From: Lama guanicoe
Taxonomy: Eukaryota
NCBI GenBank assembly: GCA_013239625.1
Contig: MU053365.1
Location: forward strand, 1,336,115 to 1,400,114
Direction: 5' to 3'
Length of the DNA stretch: 64,000 nt
Part shown: positions 1 through 11,780 of the stretch, one piece after another
Layout: each line of letters begins with the position of its first letter
How positions within the stretch are numbered: the first letter of the stretch is position 1
The notes under the pieces: model-generated
Databases searched by the model: none
What the model was told of the DNA's origin: nothing
The model's input: the letters and a program-made list of their open reading frames with translations, nothing else
Made by a program: the position numbers and the translations under genes

Positions 1-1912
1 ATAGTCTTGGAAGTCCTAGCCACAGCAATCAGGCAAAAGAGAGCAATAAAAGGGATCCAAATTGTAAAAGAAGAGGTAAAAGTGTCACTATATGCAGATG
101 ACATGATACTATATATAGAAAACCCTAAAGGGCCCACACAAAAACTACTAGAGCTGATCGAAGAATTCAGCAAGGTAGCAGGTTATAAAATTGATGTACA
201 AAAATCACTTGCATTTCTTTACACTAAGAATGAATCAACAGGAAAAGAAAGTAAAGAAACAACTCCTTTTAAAATAGCACCCAAAATAATAAAATACCTA
301 GGAATAAATCTAACCAAGGACATGAAAGACTTATACATGGAGAACTATAAAACACTAATGAAGGAAATTAAAGAAGACTTAAAAAGATGGAAGGATATCC
401 CATGCTCCTGGATTGGAAGAATCAATATTCTTAAAATGGTCATACTGCCCGAGGCAATCTACAGATTTAATGCAATCCCTATCAAATTACCCAGGACATA
501 TTTCACAGAACTAGAACAAATCATAATAAAATTTATATGAAATCACAAAAGACCTAGAATTGCCAAAGCAATACTGAAAAGAAAGAAAGAGGCTGGAGGA
601 ATAACTCTCCCAGACTTCAGACAATACTATACAGCTACAGTCATCAAAACAGCATGGTATTGGTACAAAAAGAGACATATGGACCAATGGAACAAAACAG
701 AGAGCCCAGAAATGAACCCACAAACTTTTGGTCAACTCATCTTCAACAAAGGAATATACAATGGAATAAAGACAGTCTCTTCAGCAAAAGGTGTTGGGAA
801 AACTGGACAGCAGCATGTAAATCCGTGAAACTAAACACTCCCTTACACCATACACAAAAATCAACTCAAAATGATCAAAGACTTAAAAATAAGACAAGAT
901 AAAATAAACCTTCTAGAAGAAAATATAGGCAAAACATTATCTGACATACATCTAAAGAATGTTCTCCTAGGGCAGTCTACCCAAGCAATAGAAATAAAAG
1001 CAAGAATAAGCAAATGGGACCTAATGAAACTTACAAGCTCTGCAGAGCAAAGGAAACCAGAAATAAAACAAGAAGAAAACCTACAGAATGGGAGAAAATT
1101 TTTGCAAGTGAAACCGACAAAGGCTTGATCTCCAAAATATATAAGCAGCTCATACGACTCAATAAGAAAAAAATAAACAACCCAATCCAAAAATGGGCAG
1201 AAGACCTAAACAAGCAATTCTCCAAGGAAGACATACAAATGATCAAAAAGCACATGAAAAAATGCTCAATATCACTAATTATCAGAGAAATGCAAATCAA
1301 AACTACAATGAGGTATCACCTCACACCAGTCAGAATGGCCGTCATTCAAAAATCCAAAAATGACAAATGCTGGAGAGGCTGTGGAGAAAGGGGAACCCTC
1401 CTACACTGCTGGTGGGAATGCAGTTTGGTGCAGCCACTNNNNNNNNNNNNNNNNNNNNNNNNNNNNNNNNNNNNNNNNNNNNNNNNNNNNNNNNNNNNNN
1501 NNNNNNNNNNNNNNNNNNNNNNNNNNNNNNNNNNNNNNNNNNNNNNNNNNNNNNNNNNNNNNTAGCATATGATTCATATGTGGAACCAAAAAAAAAAAAA
1601 GAATATAAATACAAAAAAGAAACTGACTCATAGACATAGAATACAAACTTGTGGTTGTCAAGGGGGTTGGGGGTGGGAAGGGACAGACTGGGAGTTCAAA
1701 ATTTGTAGATACTGACAGGCATATGTAGAATAGATAAACAAGATTATACCGTACAGCACAGGGAAATATATACAAGATCTTATGGTAGCTCAAAGCAAAA
1801 AAGAATGTGACAATGAAAATATGTATGTTCATGTATAACTGAAAAATTGTGCTCTACACTGGAAATTGACATAGCATTGTAAAATGACTATAACTCAATA
1901 AAAAATATAAAA
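1..1912 (+). mobile_element. LINE-1, young lineage: 3' half of ORF2 plus 3' UTR and A-rich tail (continues off the left edge; contains an assembly gap)
   Basis: ORF 7-540 has the RT catalytic motif [10 protein letters not shown] and YLGINL and ends in a premature TGA (FIW->FI*). Frameshifts follow. The C-terminal Cys motif [18 protein letters not shown] is near 1370-1420. A G-rich 3' UTR and AATAAA/A-tail end near 1912. Confidence 0.97.
1439..1562. other. Assembly gap, 124 N
   Basis: Run of n inside the LINE-1. Confidence 1.
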
Positions 1913-3039
1913 AGGAAGAATGTTACATTGTGAGAATAGAACAAAACCCTAGTGAATCAATTATATAAATGAATATATAATATTAAAATATTATATCTAT
2001 ATTATAATATATAATGTTAATATATTATACTTCTAGGCATTCATGTTCACTACAAGGATGGGGTTAGAAACTCTTAGCTTATGACAGGGTTTGAATGACA
2101 CTGCCGTTCGCCTTTTTGTCTTCCTCTTCTGTAGGTAACCAAGCCCTCTTCTGATGGACACATTTCTTTAGTCATATTAATGGGTTCAATCTGTTATTGT
2201 CTAGTCCTACAGCCTTGGGAGACTTTCTGTGTCTTAAGGGTGATTGGATATCCCCGCTCTGGTTCATTAAATATTGATTTTAAAGTTGAACTCTCAGAGG
2301 ATAACCTTGTTTTCCCCATTTCCAGGTTCTGTAATCCCACCCTATCCCAGCCCTGACTAGTTACATCACAAACTGCGTATCTCTTCAGAAAGGCTGATAA
2401 TCTATAATATTGCCAAAAGCACATCTGTCACTCATTTAAAAGGAGATTCCCATCAACAACTTTTTTTTTTTAGAACATTCAGATATCATAGCAAACATTC
2501 TTTGGCTGTATCAGATAACAAAGATGGAAAAATCGCTTGCAAGCATGACCAAGTAATCTTATGTTAAATCATATGATGTAATGCTCTTAAATACCAAGCA
2601 GATAAATTTGCTAGCAAGCATTTATTGAACATCTACTATCTGTCAAAGACTGTACTAGTGAAAACAAATATAAGAAATCTGGTCCATGGCTGAAAAATGA
2701 TTTGATTTAGCCTACAACCTATCTGGCTCCTGTGTTTATTTCAATGTGTACATTGTAATCACTTATAAATATGGCAAAATGCCTGCATTTTGAAAGAGCT
2801 AATGATGAATTTTGATGATACTGCAAGGTTTATCACATGTGTGTGTACAGACACACACACACACTTATTGCCTGTATCTGTGGCCAAGTTTGGCTTATGA
2901 CAACACAAATAAATCCTTAGGTGTTGCTTATGTCCATAGCAGATAACTTAAGTAAGGCCATTTTTGTTTGTTAACCATTAATAGGAGGATACAAATGTAC
3001 ATTTTTTCCTTTTTATAATATTAGTCCTCACGTAGATTC

Positions 3040-3930
3040 TGCTTTTGCTTGCCTTCAATCATAGTAGCCAGGGCAATTTTAAAATCATTATGTCCTATCC
3101 CTATTTGAAAATGTCAATGCCTTTCCATGCCCTTCGAATAAAATTTAAATTTAAAAACATGTCTTACAACTCCCCTTCCCAACCCTTGCAGGAAAATTTC
3201 CTTAATTTCCTACCCAACTCCTATCCTTACTGAATTAAATACCCTTTCTGGGTTCTCCAATCATAGCAAATGGCACACTTCATTGTAAGTGCTTGCCAAA
3301 TTATACATTTTCCCAGTTGACTGTAGGGCCAAGTCTAGATATTTATAATTATACCCCAGGCACCTATCTGAGTACTTGGTATACAGTTGATGCTTAATAA
3401 ATGAATGAATGATTGAATGCCTCTGTCTTAGTCCATTTGCACTGCTGTAACAAAAATGCCATAGACTGTGTGGTTTAAACAATAAACATTTACTTCTCAC
3501 CATTCTAGAGGCTGGGAAGTACAAGGTCAAGATGCTGGCAGATTTGGTATCTGGTGAGGGCCCTATTCCTTGTTCATAGATGGCTGTCTTCTTGCTGTGT
3601 CCTCACATGGAAAAAGGGACAAAGGAGCTCTCTAGAGTCTCTTTTACAAGGGCACTAATACCATTCATAAGGGGTCCACCCTCATGACCTAATCACTTCT
3701 CAAAGGCTCCACCTCCAATACCATCATTTCGGGGATTACGTTTCAATATACGAATTTTGGGGAAAGACACTCAGTTTATAGTAACTTCCATATAGTCTCC
3801 TGTTTACTGTTTGTCTTCTCTACTGGACTGTAAATTCCTGGTGAGCAAGAGTTGTGTCTTTTTCATCTTTAGATCCTCACAGTGTCTTGAACAAAGTAGG
3901 AGTTCAGTATCTGGTAAATGAGTGAACAAA
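3040..3930 (+). mobile_element. L2 LINE 3' fragments, separated by a MaLR LTR
   Basis: Typical L2 3' ends: 'gcttaataaatgaatgaatgattgaatg' (~3391-3419) and 'tggactgtaaattcctg...gtaaatgagtgaacaaatg' (~3824-3932). Confidence 0.7.
3424..3783 (-). mobile_element. MaLR solo LTR (MLT1A/MST-like)
   Basis: Starts tgtcttagtccattt. Contains 'ctagaggctgggaagtacaaggtcaagatgctggcagatttggt' and 'ccaccctcatgacctaatcac'. It is the reverse-complement homolog of the element at 12175-12540. Confidence 0.9.
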
Positions 3931-4102
3931 TGCTATTCCCTCTTTGTAGAATGCCTTTCTGTTCCCAGGGGCCTCCTTTTCTCTGTCTAGAGAAAGCCAC
4001 CTTCTCAAGACCCTGCCCAGCTATTACCTCTGCCATGTAACTTTCCCTGACACTCGTTGGCAGAGCCAGGTCAGGTGTCATCATTCCCTCCCTGCACCAT
4101 TC

Positions 4103-4278
4103 CAGAGCGCCACCCAGGAGTGCCACATTTGCAGTCACACAGGGCCCCATGTTTAGAGGAGTCTCTCACTTGGTTTAATGCTCTGCTTTCACTGTCTTAA
4201 AATTCATAATGAATTTTGAATGAAAGTCCCTGTATTTTCATTTTGCCTTGGACTCTGCAAATTATGTAGCTTATCCTG
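4103..4278 (+). mobile_element. hAT-family MITE (MER53-like)
   Basis: CAG...CCTG ends. Internal 'gcagtcacacagggcccc', 'cttggtttaatgctctgct' and 'ttttcattttgc...gcaaattatgtagc' match my recall of MER53. Confidence 0.75.
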
Positions 4279-4747
4279 GCCCCAGTGCTATGCGTGGCCT
4301 CTAGCATGGGGTTCAGTAAATGATGTTCAGTTCTCCAGTTTTTCCTGTCCAGAAAAGGAACCATAAACATGTTTCTGTGAAATTCCTTTGCATTATTTCA
4401 GCAAATTTATCAAAGTCTTACTACTCTCATAGATCTTTCTTGATTCACACTTGGCATTCCATTCACTGAAACCACAAAGGAAATGTTCTCCTTAAAGAAA
4501 AAATCCTACTCCAATTTTGCATTCATACAAATGAGCTTATAGAAAACAAAGTAATTCATGGTTTTAATTCCAGAGGAGTGGCTTTGATTTGCTGAAGCAC
4601 TCATGTGAGAAGGGCAGGGTAGGGGATTTTTCACCACTCTCCTTCACATGCTCAGCAGAGGTGCAGGACTTGATTTCTAGGAAAAGTAGAAGAGCCTTCT
4701 CTTTGATAACACCTCTAAGAGAGGGCTATTAAGAAAGTGCTTTTTAG

Positions 4748-4852
4748 GAGGAAGGTATAGCACAGTGGTAGAGCACATGCTTAGCATGCATGAAATCATG
4801 GGTTCAATCCCCAGTAACTCCATTAAAAAAATAAAATAAAATATTAAAAAAA
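4748..4852 (+). mobile_element. tRNA-Ala-derived SINE (camelid vic-1 type)
   Basis: A box TAGCACAGTGG, anticodon-loop remnant CTTAGCAT, B box GGTTCAATCCC, A-rich tail. TSD AAGAAAGTGC(C)TTTTTAG at 4731-4747 and 4853-4870. Confidence 0.92.
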
Positions 4853-5293
4853 AAGAAAGTGCCTTTTTAGTTAAAATAGGAAAACATGTTGTGAAACAAA
4901 TGAATGCTCTCTCAACCTGGTTTGATATAGAGGTATGATTTAGTAGTTCTGCTTGGTAATTCTAATCATTTGTTGTGGTTTGTACAGAAATTGGTTCCTA
5001 GGAGTGTATGGAACTCATCAAGGTCAGTTGCAAGAGTCAAGCATCCTCAATTCTCAGATTTGGATGCAGCTGACAGTGTATGGTAACTATGTGATTAGAA
5101 ACAGCTTGAGCTATATAGCAGTGTATTTCCATTGACTTGTTTGAAGTAGTGTTGGTTCAGTGGTTGTATTGCTTTATTTGTTCTCAAAGCCTTAATGAGG
5201 AGGTGATGGGAATCGCAGAAAGGAAAGCTGAGGTTTTGCAATCAGCCGTGGTCATTTATTTGATCAGCAGCATTGATATCAGGACCACATTGC

Positions 5294-5324
5294 CATCATC
5301 ATCATCATCACCATCATCATCATC
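5294..5324. repeat. (CAT)n microsatellite, interrupted once
   Basis: catcatcatcatcatcaccatcatcatcatc. Confidence 0.9.
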
Positions 5325-5971
5325 TCCACGTATGTTAGTTTCCAACATGCTTTTGAGTCACTGGCTATCTCTCTTATTGCTGAGGGAGCATGTATTTCTA
5401 GGGATGATGTGTTTGTCATTGTCTTTTCACATTCACTTGCTGGAGATGTTTCTCTGCTAAATTAAAAGGAAAACTGGAAGAGGCAGAACAAAATTGGAAA
5501 CTCTGAACATAAATACTGTAAGAAATATAATTGGTTTAAGAGGGAAAAGTGGAAAATCATAGGAAAACCGGAATTACAAACATGAAGGGGAGTGATGTGG
5601 GCTCTGTGCCTAAGGAGGACAAAGGGTTGTTACAGGTGTCCTCTCTAAAGGTGCCCAACCTCCCACAGGCACTGGTAGTTAGATTCCGTGGGTTCTAGCT
5701 CTCTCTGGGCTGTCTGGAGGGATGAGTTAACCTGATTAACTGCTCTTTATGCAGGCTCCCTGGGAAAATGATAAAGAAGAGTTGGAGGGAGTGAAAGCCT
5801 TGTTAATTGCTGGTTGCAAACAAATGCATTGCAAGGTTGAAAGTAGTCACCTGATAAAAGGATTCCTCTAATTACAAAAGGGATTATGGGTCCTTTAAAA
5901 TAGGGATCCTTCTAGTGTTTGTCAGTTATTAATTACTCAACTGAGTGAGAAACTGAAAGCCCCTGCTGAAG

Positions 5972-6067
5972 GGGGAAGGTATAGCTCAGTGGTAGAGTGT
6001 ATGCTTAGAATGTGTGAGGTCCTGGGTTCAACCCCCAGTACCTCTGCTTAAAAATAAAAAAGAAAGA
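5972..6067 (+). mobile_element. tRNA-Ala-derived SINE (camelid vic-1 type)
   Basis: GGGGAAGGTATAGCTCAGTGGTAGAG...GGTCCTGGGTTCAACCCCCAGTACCTC plus A tail. TSD AAAGC(CC/TT)CTGCTGAAG at 5956-5971 and 6068-6083. Confidence 0.93.
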
Positions 6068-7049
6068 AAAGCTTCTGCTGAAGAAATGTCAATCATAAAT
6101 TAAGACAAAGAGTATCTAAAGTCACCTGGTAAATATACTTTAGATGTCAGGTTTTACGTTTTTCATTTTATTGGAGAACAAGCTACAATACCAGAGTATG
6201 GTTCAATACCAGGTCCATGGCATTCTTTGAGGACAAGCAAGTGAAAAAGATCAGAGCCTTTTGATAAAACCTATAGTTAGACTGCACTTAATGTTGATAA
6301 GGATGACATATTTTCTATCCCTGTTAGATTTCAAGTTCTGCGAGGGCAGGGACTGTCTTGTTCATCTTGCAGCATAGGGCTTGGTATACAGTAGGGATGC
6401 AGGGAATGCATCTTGAGTGAATATAAAATTTTAAAGGGATCCTGGAGTGATGTGGGCAGCATAGTTGGTATAGAGTCAGAGAGTCAGAAAGTCTTGACCA
6501 GAGTTTGACAATTTGAGACATCTAAAACATTTGCTTGGCATCCTAGTGTGATGCCTTTTGTCCTGAGAAACATCATGGACTGTGTTTGGAAGCATGTTCT
6601 TGGCTCTTTAGGAATGGGCACTGCTGAGGCATCACATTTCCTTCTGCTACACAAGTCTCAGCATACGATGTGACAGACATGACTGGCAGAGGGACTCCTG
6701 GGCAGGCCCCTCTCTTCACTCCAGTGCCTTGCAAAGAAGGAAAAGGTTTTTTTCTTTTCCTGCCTTCTCTACTCACCACCCTCTCCAGTTGGAACCAAGC
6801 CATTAAGCCTAGATTAGTGAGGAAGGCCTGTTGCTACTTTTATCATTACCATATGGTGCTGATTCAAGAGTAGATTCTAATGTTCAGTGCTGTAATATTC
6901 AAGAGATTCAAATCAATAAATATTTCTTGAATGCCTGCTATTTGTAAGGCTGAAAGCATGTGGACCGAAGCTACTAGTTGTTAAGTTTGAGAAGGTATTT
7001 TCCTTTCTAGCCTCAATTGAGTGGATATTGCCTTGTCAGTTCTAAAAGT

Positions 7050-7720
7050 TCCTAAAAGTATCTTAAATCCATCCCACATCTCAACGTTCTTTTAACCCTC
7101 TAGTCTAAGCCACCATCATGGCATGTGTGGTTACTGCAATAGCCTCCCACTGAACTCTCTTTTCCACATTTGCTCTTCTTCAGACTGTCATGTAGCCAAA
7201 GGGATCCATTAACAACTTCAGTCAGATAATGTTACTCCTCTTTTCAAAACTCCACAATGGCTCCTGATCTCACTCAGTATTCTGAAAAGCCAAAGTTCTT
7301 GAAAACCCTGCGAAGTAATCCTGCCACCATTTTATCTCCTACACCACTCCCAGGTACCCATTCTGCTCCATCTAAACTGGCTGTCTTTCAGTTCCTTCGA
7401 CATGACAAACTCTTTTCTGCCTCAGGGGTTTTGTGGAGCCCATCTTTTGTGTAAACTCATTACCTGCTGGCTCTTACCTACCTTTTGGGTGATAACTTAC
7501 TTGTCCATTCCTTGATCCATTTAATTTATCTTTCATAGCATCCTCTTGGCTCCTTCAGGGCATTTACTAGAGTTTCTCATTCTATAATGTGATTGATGTG
7601 ATAACTAACTCCTCCACTAGAATATAAGCTCCATTATGGCAGACATCATTCATGTTCTTTTTCACTATTGTAGCCTAATAAAATGTCTAGTGCATAGTAT
7701 GTACTCAGTAAATGTAACCA
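7050..7720 (+). mobile_element. L2 LINE fragment
   Basis: 'ctagtctaagccaccatcat', 'tcagataatgttactcctcttttcaaaactcc', 'ccactagaatataagctccat' and 'catagtatgtactcagtaaatg'. Confidence 0.75.
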
Positions 7721-9075
7721 ATGATTCTCTACCCAGTATGAGGTACAAATAACGTACCCCAAAGCCTGCATGCCACATACAGTCAAGTCAATGCGTACCT
7801 TCAGTAGTGCATTTCTTTTATTTCCCATGGGCTGTTATTATTAGTAGTAGTAGTACATATCAGTCAGTGTTGTCTTTGAATAAAGGCAGTATGACTTGCT
7901 AAGTCACCTTAAAGTAATGCAATGATTCATAGGTGGGCAGGACTTGAATGTAGCCTCATAGTAACACATCAAACAAAAGAATGTGATTTTACAAGGACTG
8001 TTTGGATTGTTAGTGCTAGAAGCTTAGCAAAAGATGTTCTGCTGATAAACGTGTAAGTCATTATAAATTAGCACACTGGCCTCTGGTTTTATAAGTTAGT
8101 ATCTGTGAATTTGCTTAATGTGACTTTGCCCTTGAGAGATGAATCCATTTCATTTCAAGTGGGCTGATAAAAGATAAAATCAGATTTTAGAGTCTACAGA
8201 GTTAAAGTCCTGACATTTGACCTACCTTGGCAAGTTCATCAAGATAATGTTACTCTGTTAGGACTCCTCACATAGGATTCATCCTGGTACTGTGGGATTT
8301 CAGTGCATGGAATATGTCAATCTTTGAACTTTAACTGAGGCTGCTACTGTTTCAAATTTATGGCAAACGTGCAGTTGGGTACAGAGAAATGCTAAATGGA
8401 TTTGGAAGAGTTTCAAGGGAAAAATTCCCTCAAAATTGAGCATAATTACTGGAAATTACTCCACATTGCAGTGAAATGTAAATCATATTATTATAAATCA
8501 GGCCACTCTAAGATAAATAAAATATACTATTCCTCTTTCTTTCACTCTCCTGATTTGAACTTCATTCTATGCCATTAAATTTCTTTGGTCTTGACTTGTT
8601 AGGTAGCTCTTTTCTTCTATGGTTTTCTTTTACACATTTCTTCCTCATGAGATTTCCTTGGGAACTCATGAACTCTCCCTCCTTTCCTCCCCTCTTTTTT
8701 CCCCTTCTTCTCCTATTTTCTCTTTCACTTTTCTTCACTATTGCCTTTTTCCTTAGCTTACTAGTAAGAAATCTAACTAACCACTTAGGAAGTAGTATTA
8801 GAACAATGTCAGCAGGTCCCTCTGCTCTCAAAGAAAATTGCCTGGCCCTTCAAAGAAGAACGTTGTATAGTAGCCACTTGGATGTTGTGGACATTTTGGT
8901 ACCTTGTGTGGTACTGCACTTTTATTCTTTTTATTTTATTTTATTTTGCACTTTTATTCTTTAAAAAAAGGTTTTTTTCCATCCTTAGAAAATATAAGTT
9001 TCTGATCTTTGTCAGGAAAAACCTTTAAAGTAATGGATGGATTTGTTTGGAAACTGTAGCAAGAATCGCTAGCTC

Positions 9076-9612
9076 TGTGTTTCAGTTATCTATTGCTGCA
9101 TAACAAACCACCCCCAAACTTAGTGACTTAACACAACAACCCTCTTATTATTTCTCATGATTCTATAGATTGACTCAATCTGGTGATTATTCTGCTGGGC
9201 TTTCTTGGGATGTTTCACACAGCTGTAGACAGATGATGGTTGAGGCTCACACACATAGGATATCTTAACTTACATAGTCTGACACCTTGAGGAGGATGGC
9301 TGAAAGCTGGGCTTGGCTGGGATGGTGGGACAGCTGGGTCTTTCCTTCTACATGTGGCCATTTACATGGCCTCATCATCAGAGTTGCTGGACTTCTTATC
9401 TGGTGGATCAGCCCATCAAAGAGCACAAAAGCAGAAGCTTTAAGGCCTTCTTAAGGTTTTGTTCCAGAAAAGTCACAGAGTCACTTCTGCTGTATTCTCT
9501 TGATTAAAGCAAGACACAGAGCAGCCAAGATTCAATGTGGGAAGGGGCTACTCAAAGGTATGAAGAGTGTGAGGCATGGTTTATTTGGAGCTCTCTCTCG
9601 AGATTAACTACC
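9076..9612 (-). mobile_element. MaLR LTR (MLT1F/G/H-like)
   Basis: Starts 'tgtgtttcagttatctattgctgcataacaaaccacccccaaacttagtgactt'. Later 'gtcacttctgctgtattctcttgattaaagcaag'. Confidence 0.8.
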
Positions 9613-9639
9613 CTGCTAGGCAACATAACTCGTGTCCCC

Positions 9640-10033
9640 TCAGATGTTGCTCAACCATAGCTGACCAGCCAGAGACTATATTTTCCAGACTCCATTGCTT
9701 CTAGTTGTGGCCATTGACTAATTCTTGCAATAGAATGGGAGCGAAAATGATATATAGCACTTTGGGTTCAAGGCTTTATGAAATGAATGTGCCATTTCTT
9801 TCCTCTTTCCATTTTTCATTGGCTGGATGCAAGTAGTAAGATCCTAGAGGACAACAGAGCCACAAATTAGAAGGAGCCTGGGTCTTAGCATGATTGCCTG
9901 GAGGAAAGCTGCCAGGAGAACAGATATACCAATTTTGTACTATTATATGAAAAAAAGTAAATTTATGTTGTGTTAAGCTCCCAAAATTTAGGAGTGTGTT
10001 TGCTACCACAGCCTATTACTACCCTACTAATAT
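9640..10033 (+). mobile_element. MaLR LTR (MLT1I/J-like)
   Basis: 'ctatattttccagactccattgcttctagttgtggcc', 'cagagccacaaattagaaggagcctgggtc', and a 3' end 'tgtgttaagc...gtttgctaccacagc...ctaatata'. Confidence 0.8.
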
Positions 10034-10299
10034 AGAAATGTGGTACTTGATGAAGGCTTAATGGTATACATTTTCATGCTAACTATAAGGATACCAAATA
10101 CCAAAGTTTCATGCCTACTCTTTGCCGAAACTAAAAGGCAGATCATAAAAGTTTCAACAATTTAACTCGTAGAGGGAATGCAACAGATGCCACTGTCGAT
10201 AAAGAAATTTCCCATTAGTTCATGGTCATAACTAATTAATTTTTTCATTTTATTTGTAATCAATATTTGTACTAAATGGCTGCTAATACACTATGAATT

Positions 10300-10640
10300 G
10301 ATATGAAAAGCACTGAAGAGTTGTCCAAAAGATGTCAGATATTTGTAGGTGTGTAGGTGTACTAAAAGATAGAGCTGTGTTCATGTAAAATTGCTATCAC
10401 AAACACCAGATGTATGGGAAGTGAATCACTATCAAAATCTGGGCATAAAAATTTCATCACTTAAAAATTATTTTTGCATGGGTGAAAAGCTGAGGAGAAA
10501 TTATAATGGATACATGAAAATGGCACTAGAAAAAGTGTGTCAAAAGAGCTACAACAGAATAGCAGACTCAGATTCATCATATGCCTGCCATAACACCTGA
10601 TATTCCTGGTATCAAAGTCTCAAAGGATTGCAAATGGCCA
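10300..10640 (+). mobile_element. Possible ancient R4/Dong-clade LINE RT fossil (Mam_R4-like)
   Basis: In-frame YQNLGI-x10-MGEKLRRNY, then with small indels AI(N)T*-IPGI...KW. Similar in content and spacing to R4-type YKYLGI-x10-MKEKIRKEY...KAINTWAIPVI...KW, recalled from memory. Confidence 0.4.
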
Positions 10641-11473
10641 AAAAAGTCATATCATTAACATTAGCTCTGTAGTCAAAACCATAACAAATTGGATTTTGAT
10701 AAATGCAATTCAAGATCCTGCAGAGTGGAGAATAAGCAGGCTCAGATATCACCCCTGGGACTAAAGTTTCTGCAGGCGTGTTAAGCTCCCTTGATTTTAA
10801 GGAACAAAGAAGCACTCAAGATTTGTTAAGTAATTGGAGTTTGTGGTAAGAATATAGACTAGGAGTAACCTCGTTGGACTGACAGGTAGCTGTCACTCAG
10901 TATCCAAGGAAGCTGCTCCAAGGATTGAGTTTCCTTGTCACATACCCTTAGCTGAAACTATTCATGGATCTCCTATTCAGAGCTGTTATTAACTGGGCTC
11001 TGCTACTTTCTCAGTGTTTGCTTCTCTTTTTTCTTAGCACAAGAGGAGACTCTCTGATGAATCCTCTCCTCCCCCAACCTCTGTATTTCTGCCCGTATAC
11101 TCAGCCTTCTGGATGAGCCATACAAGCTCCTAACTAAAGCTAAACCCTCTATTTGTGCAGGCACAAGGGGTGCCCATTCAAAAACAACACTCCAGCAATT
11201 TTCCCTTTCTTCCTTTCATCATCAACTTTTCACTTCTCAATTGGATCTTTCCTGAGAGCATAAAAACATCTTGTAATTTCTCCATTCTTAAAAATACAAG
11301 ACAAAACAAAAAACTTGACCCCACATCCGTTTCCAGCCACTGTCCCATTTTTCTACTCTCTTTTATAGCAAAACTCCTTGCAAAAACTTGCCTGTGCTCA
11401 CTGTTTTTGTTTCCTCTCTTCACATTCGCTCTTGAACCTACTCTAATCAGGGTCTCATCCTCACCACTCTATT

Positions 11474-11780
11474 TTTAAAAATTTAATTTTTATCTTTTAT
11501 TGAAATGTAGTCAGTTTACAATGATAGTTTCAAGTGTACAGCAAAGCAATTCAATTAATATATATGTACATGTATTTATATATTTTCAGATTCTTTTCCA
11601 TTTCAGCTCATTACAAGAAATTGAATATAGTTCCCTGTGCTATACAGTAGGGCCTTGTTGTTTATTTGTTTTATATATAGTAGTTTCTATCTGCTAATCC
11701 CAAACTCCCAGTTTATCCCTTCCCAGTCTTTTTCCCCTGGTAACCACAGTTTGTTTTCTATGTCCTTGAGTCTATTTCTG
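11474..11780 (-). mobile_element. 5'-truncated LINE-1 3' UTR (older, cetartiodactyl-type)
   Basis: T-rich tail on the left. 'gtgtacagcaaag...ttccctgtgctatacagtagg'. TSD CT(C/T)ACCACTCTATT at 11460-11473 and 11781-11794. Confidence 0.92.

Noticed and set aside
7..1438. ORFs 7-540, 871-1128 and 1014-1565 as a functional reverse transcriptase gene
   Set aside because: They are pieces of one L1 ORF2 broken by a premature stop and frameshifts.
4748..4822. tRNA-Ala gene (also 5972 and 30806)
   Set aside because: A-rich tails, TSDs and stem-breaking substitutions show these are SINE copies.
5137..5460. 107-aa ORF with a poly-Ser run
   Set aside because: The Ser run comes from the (CAT)n microsatellite, the start is TTG, and there is no recognisable domain or splice context.
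8562..8964. Hydrophobic 131-aa ORF and antisense Lys/Arg-rich ORF
   Set aside because: Both result from a pyrimidine-rich low-complexity tract (~8580-8760) that lacks stop codons.
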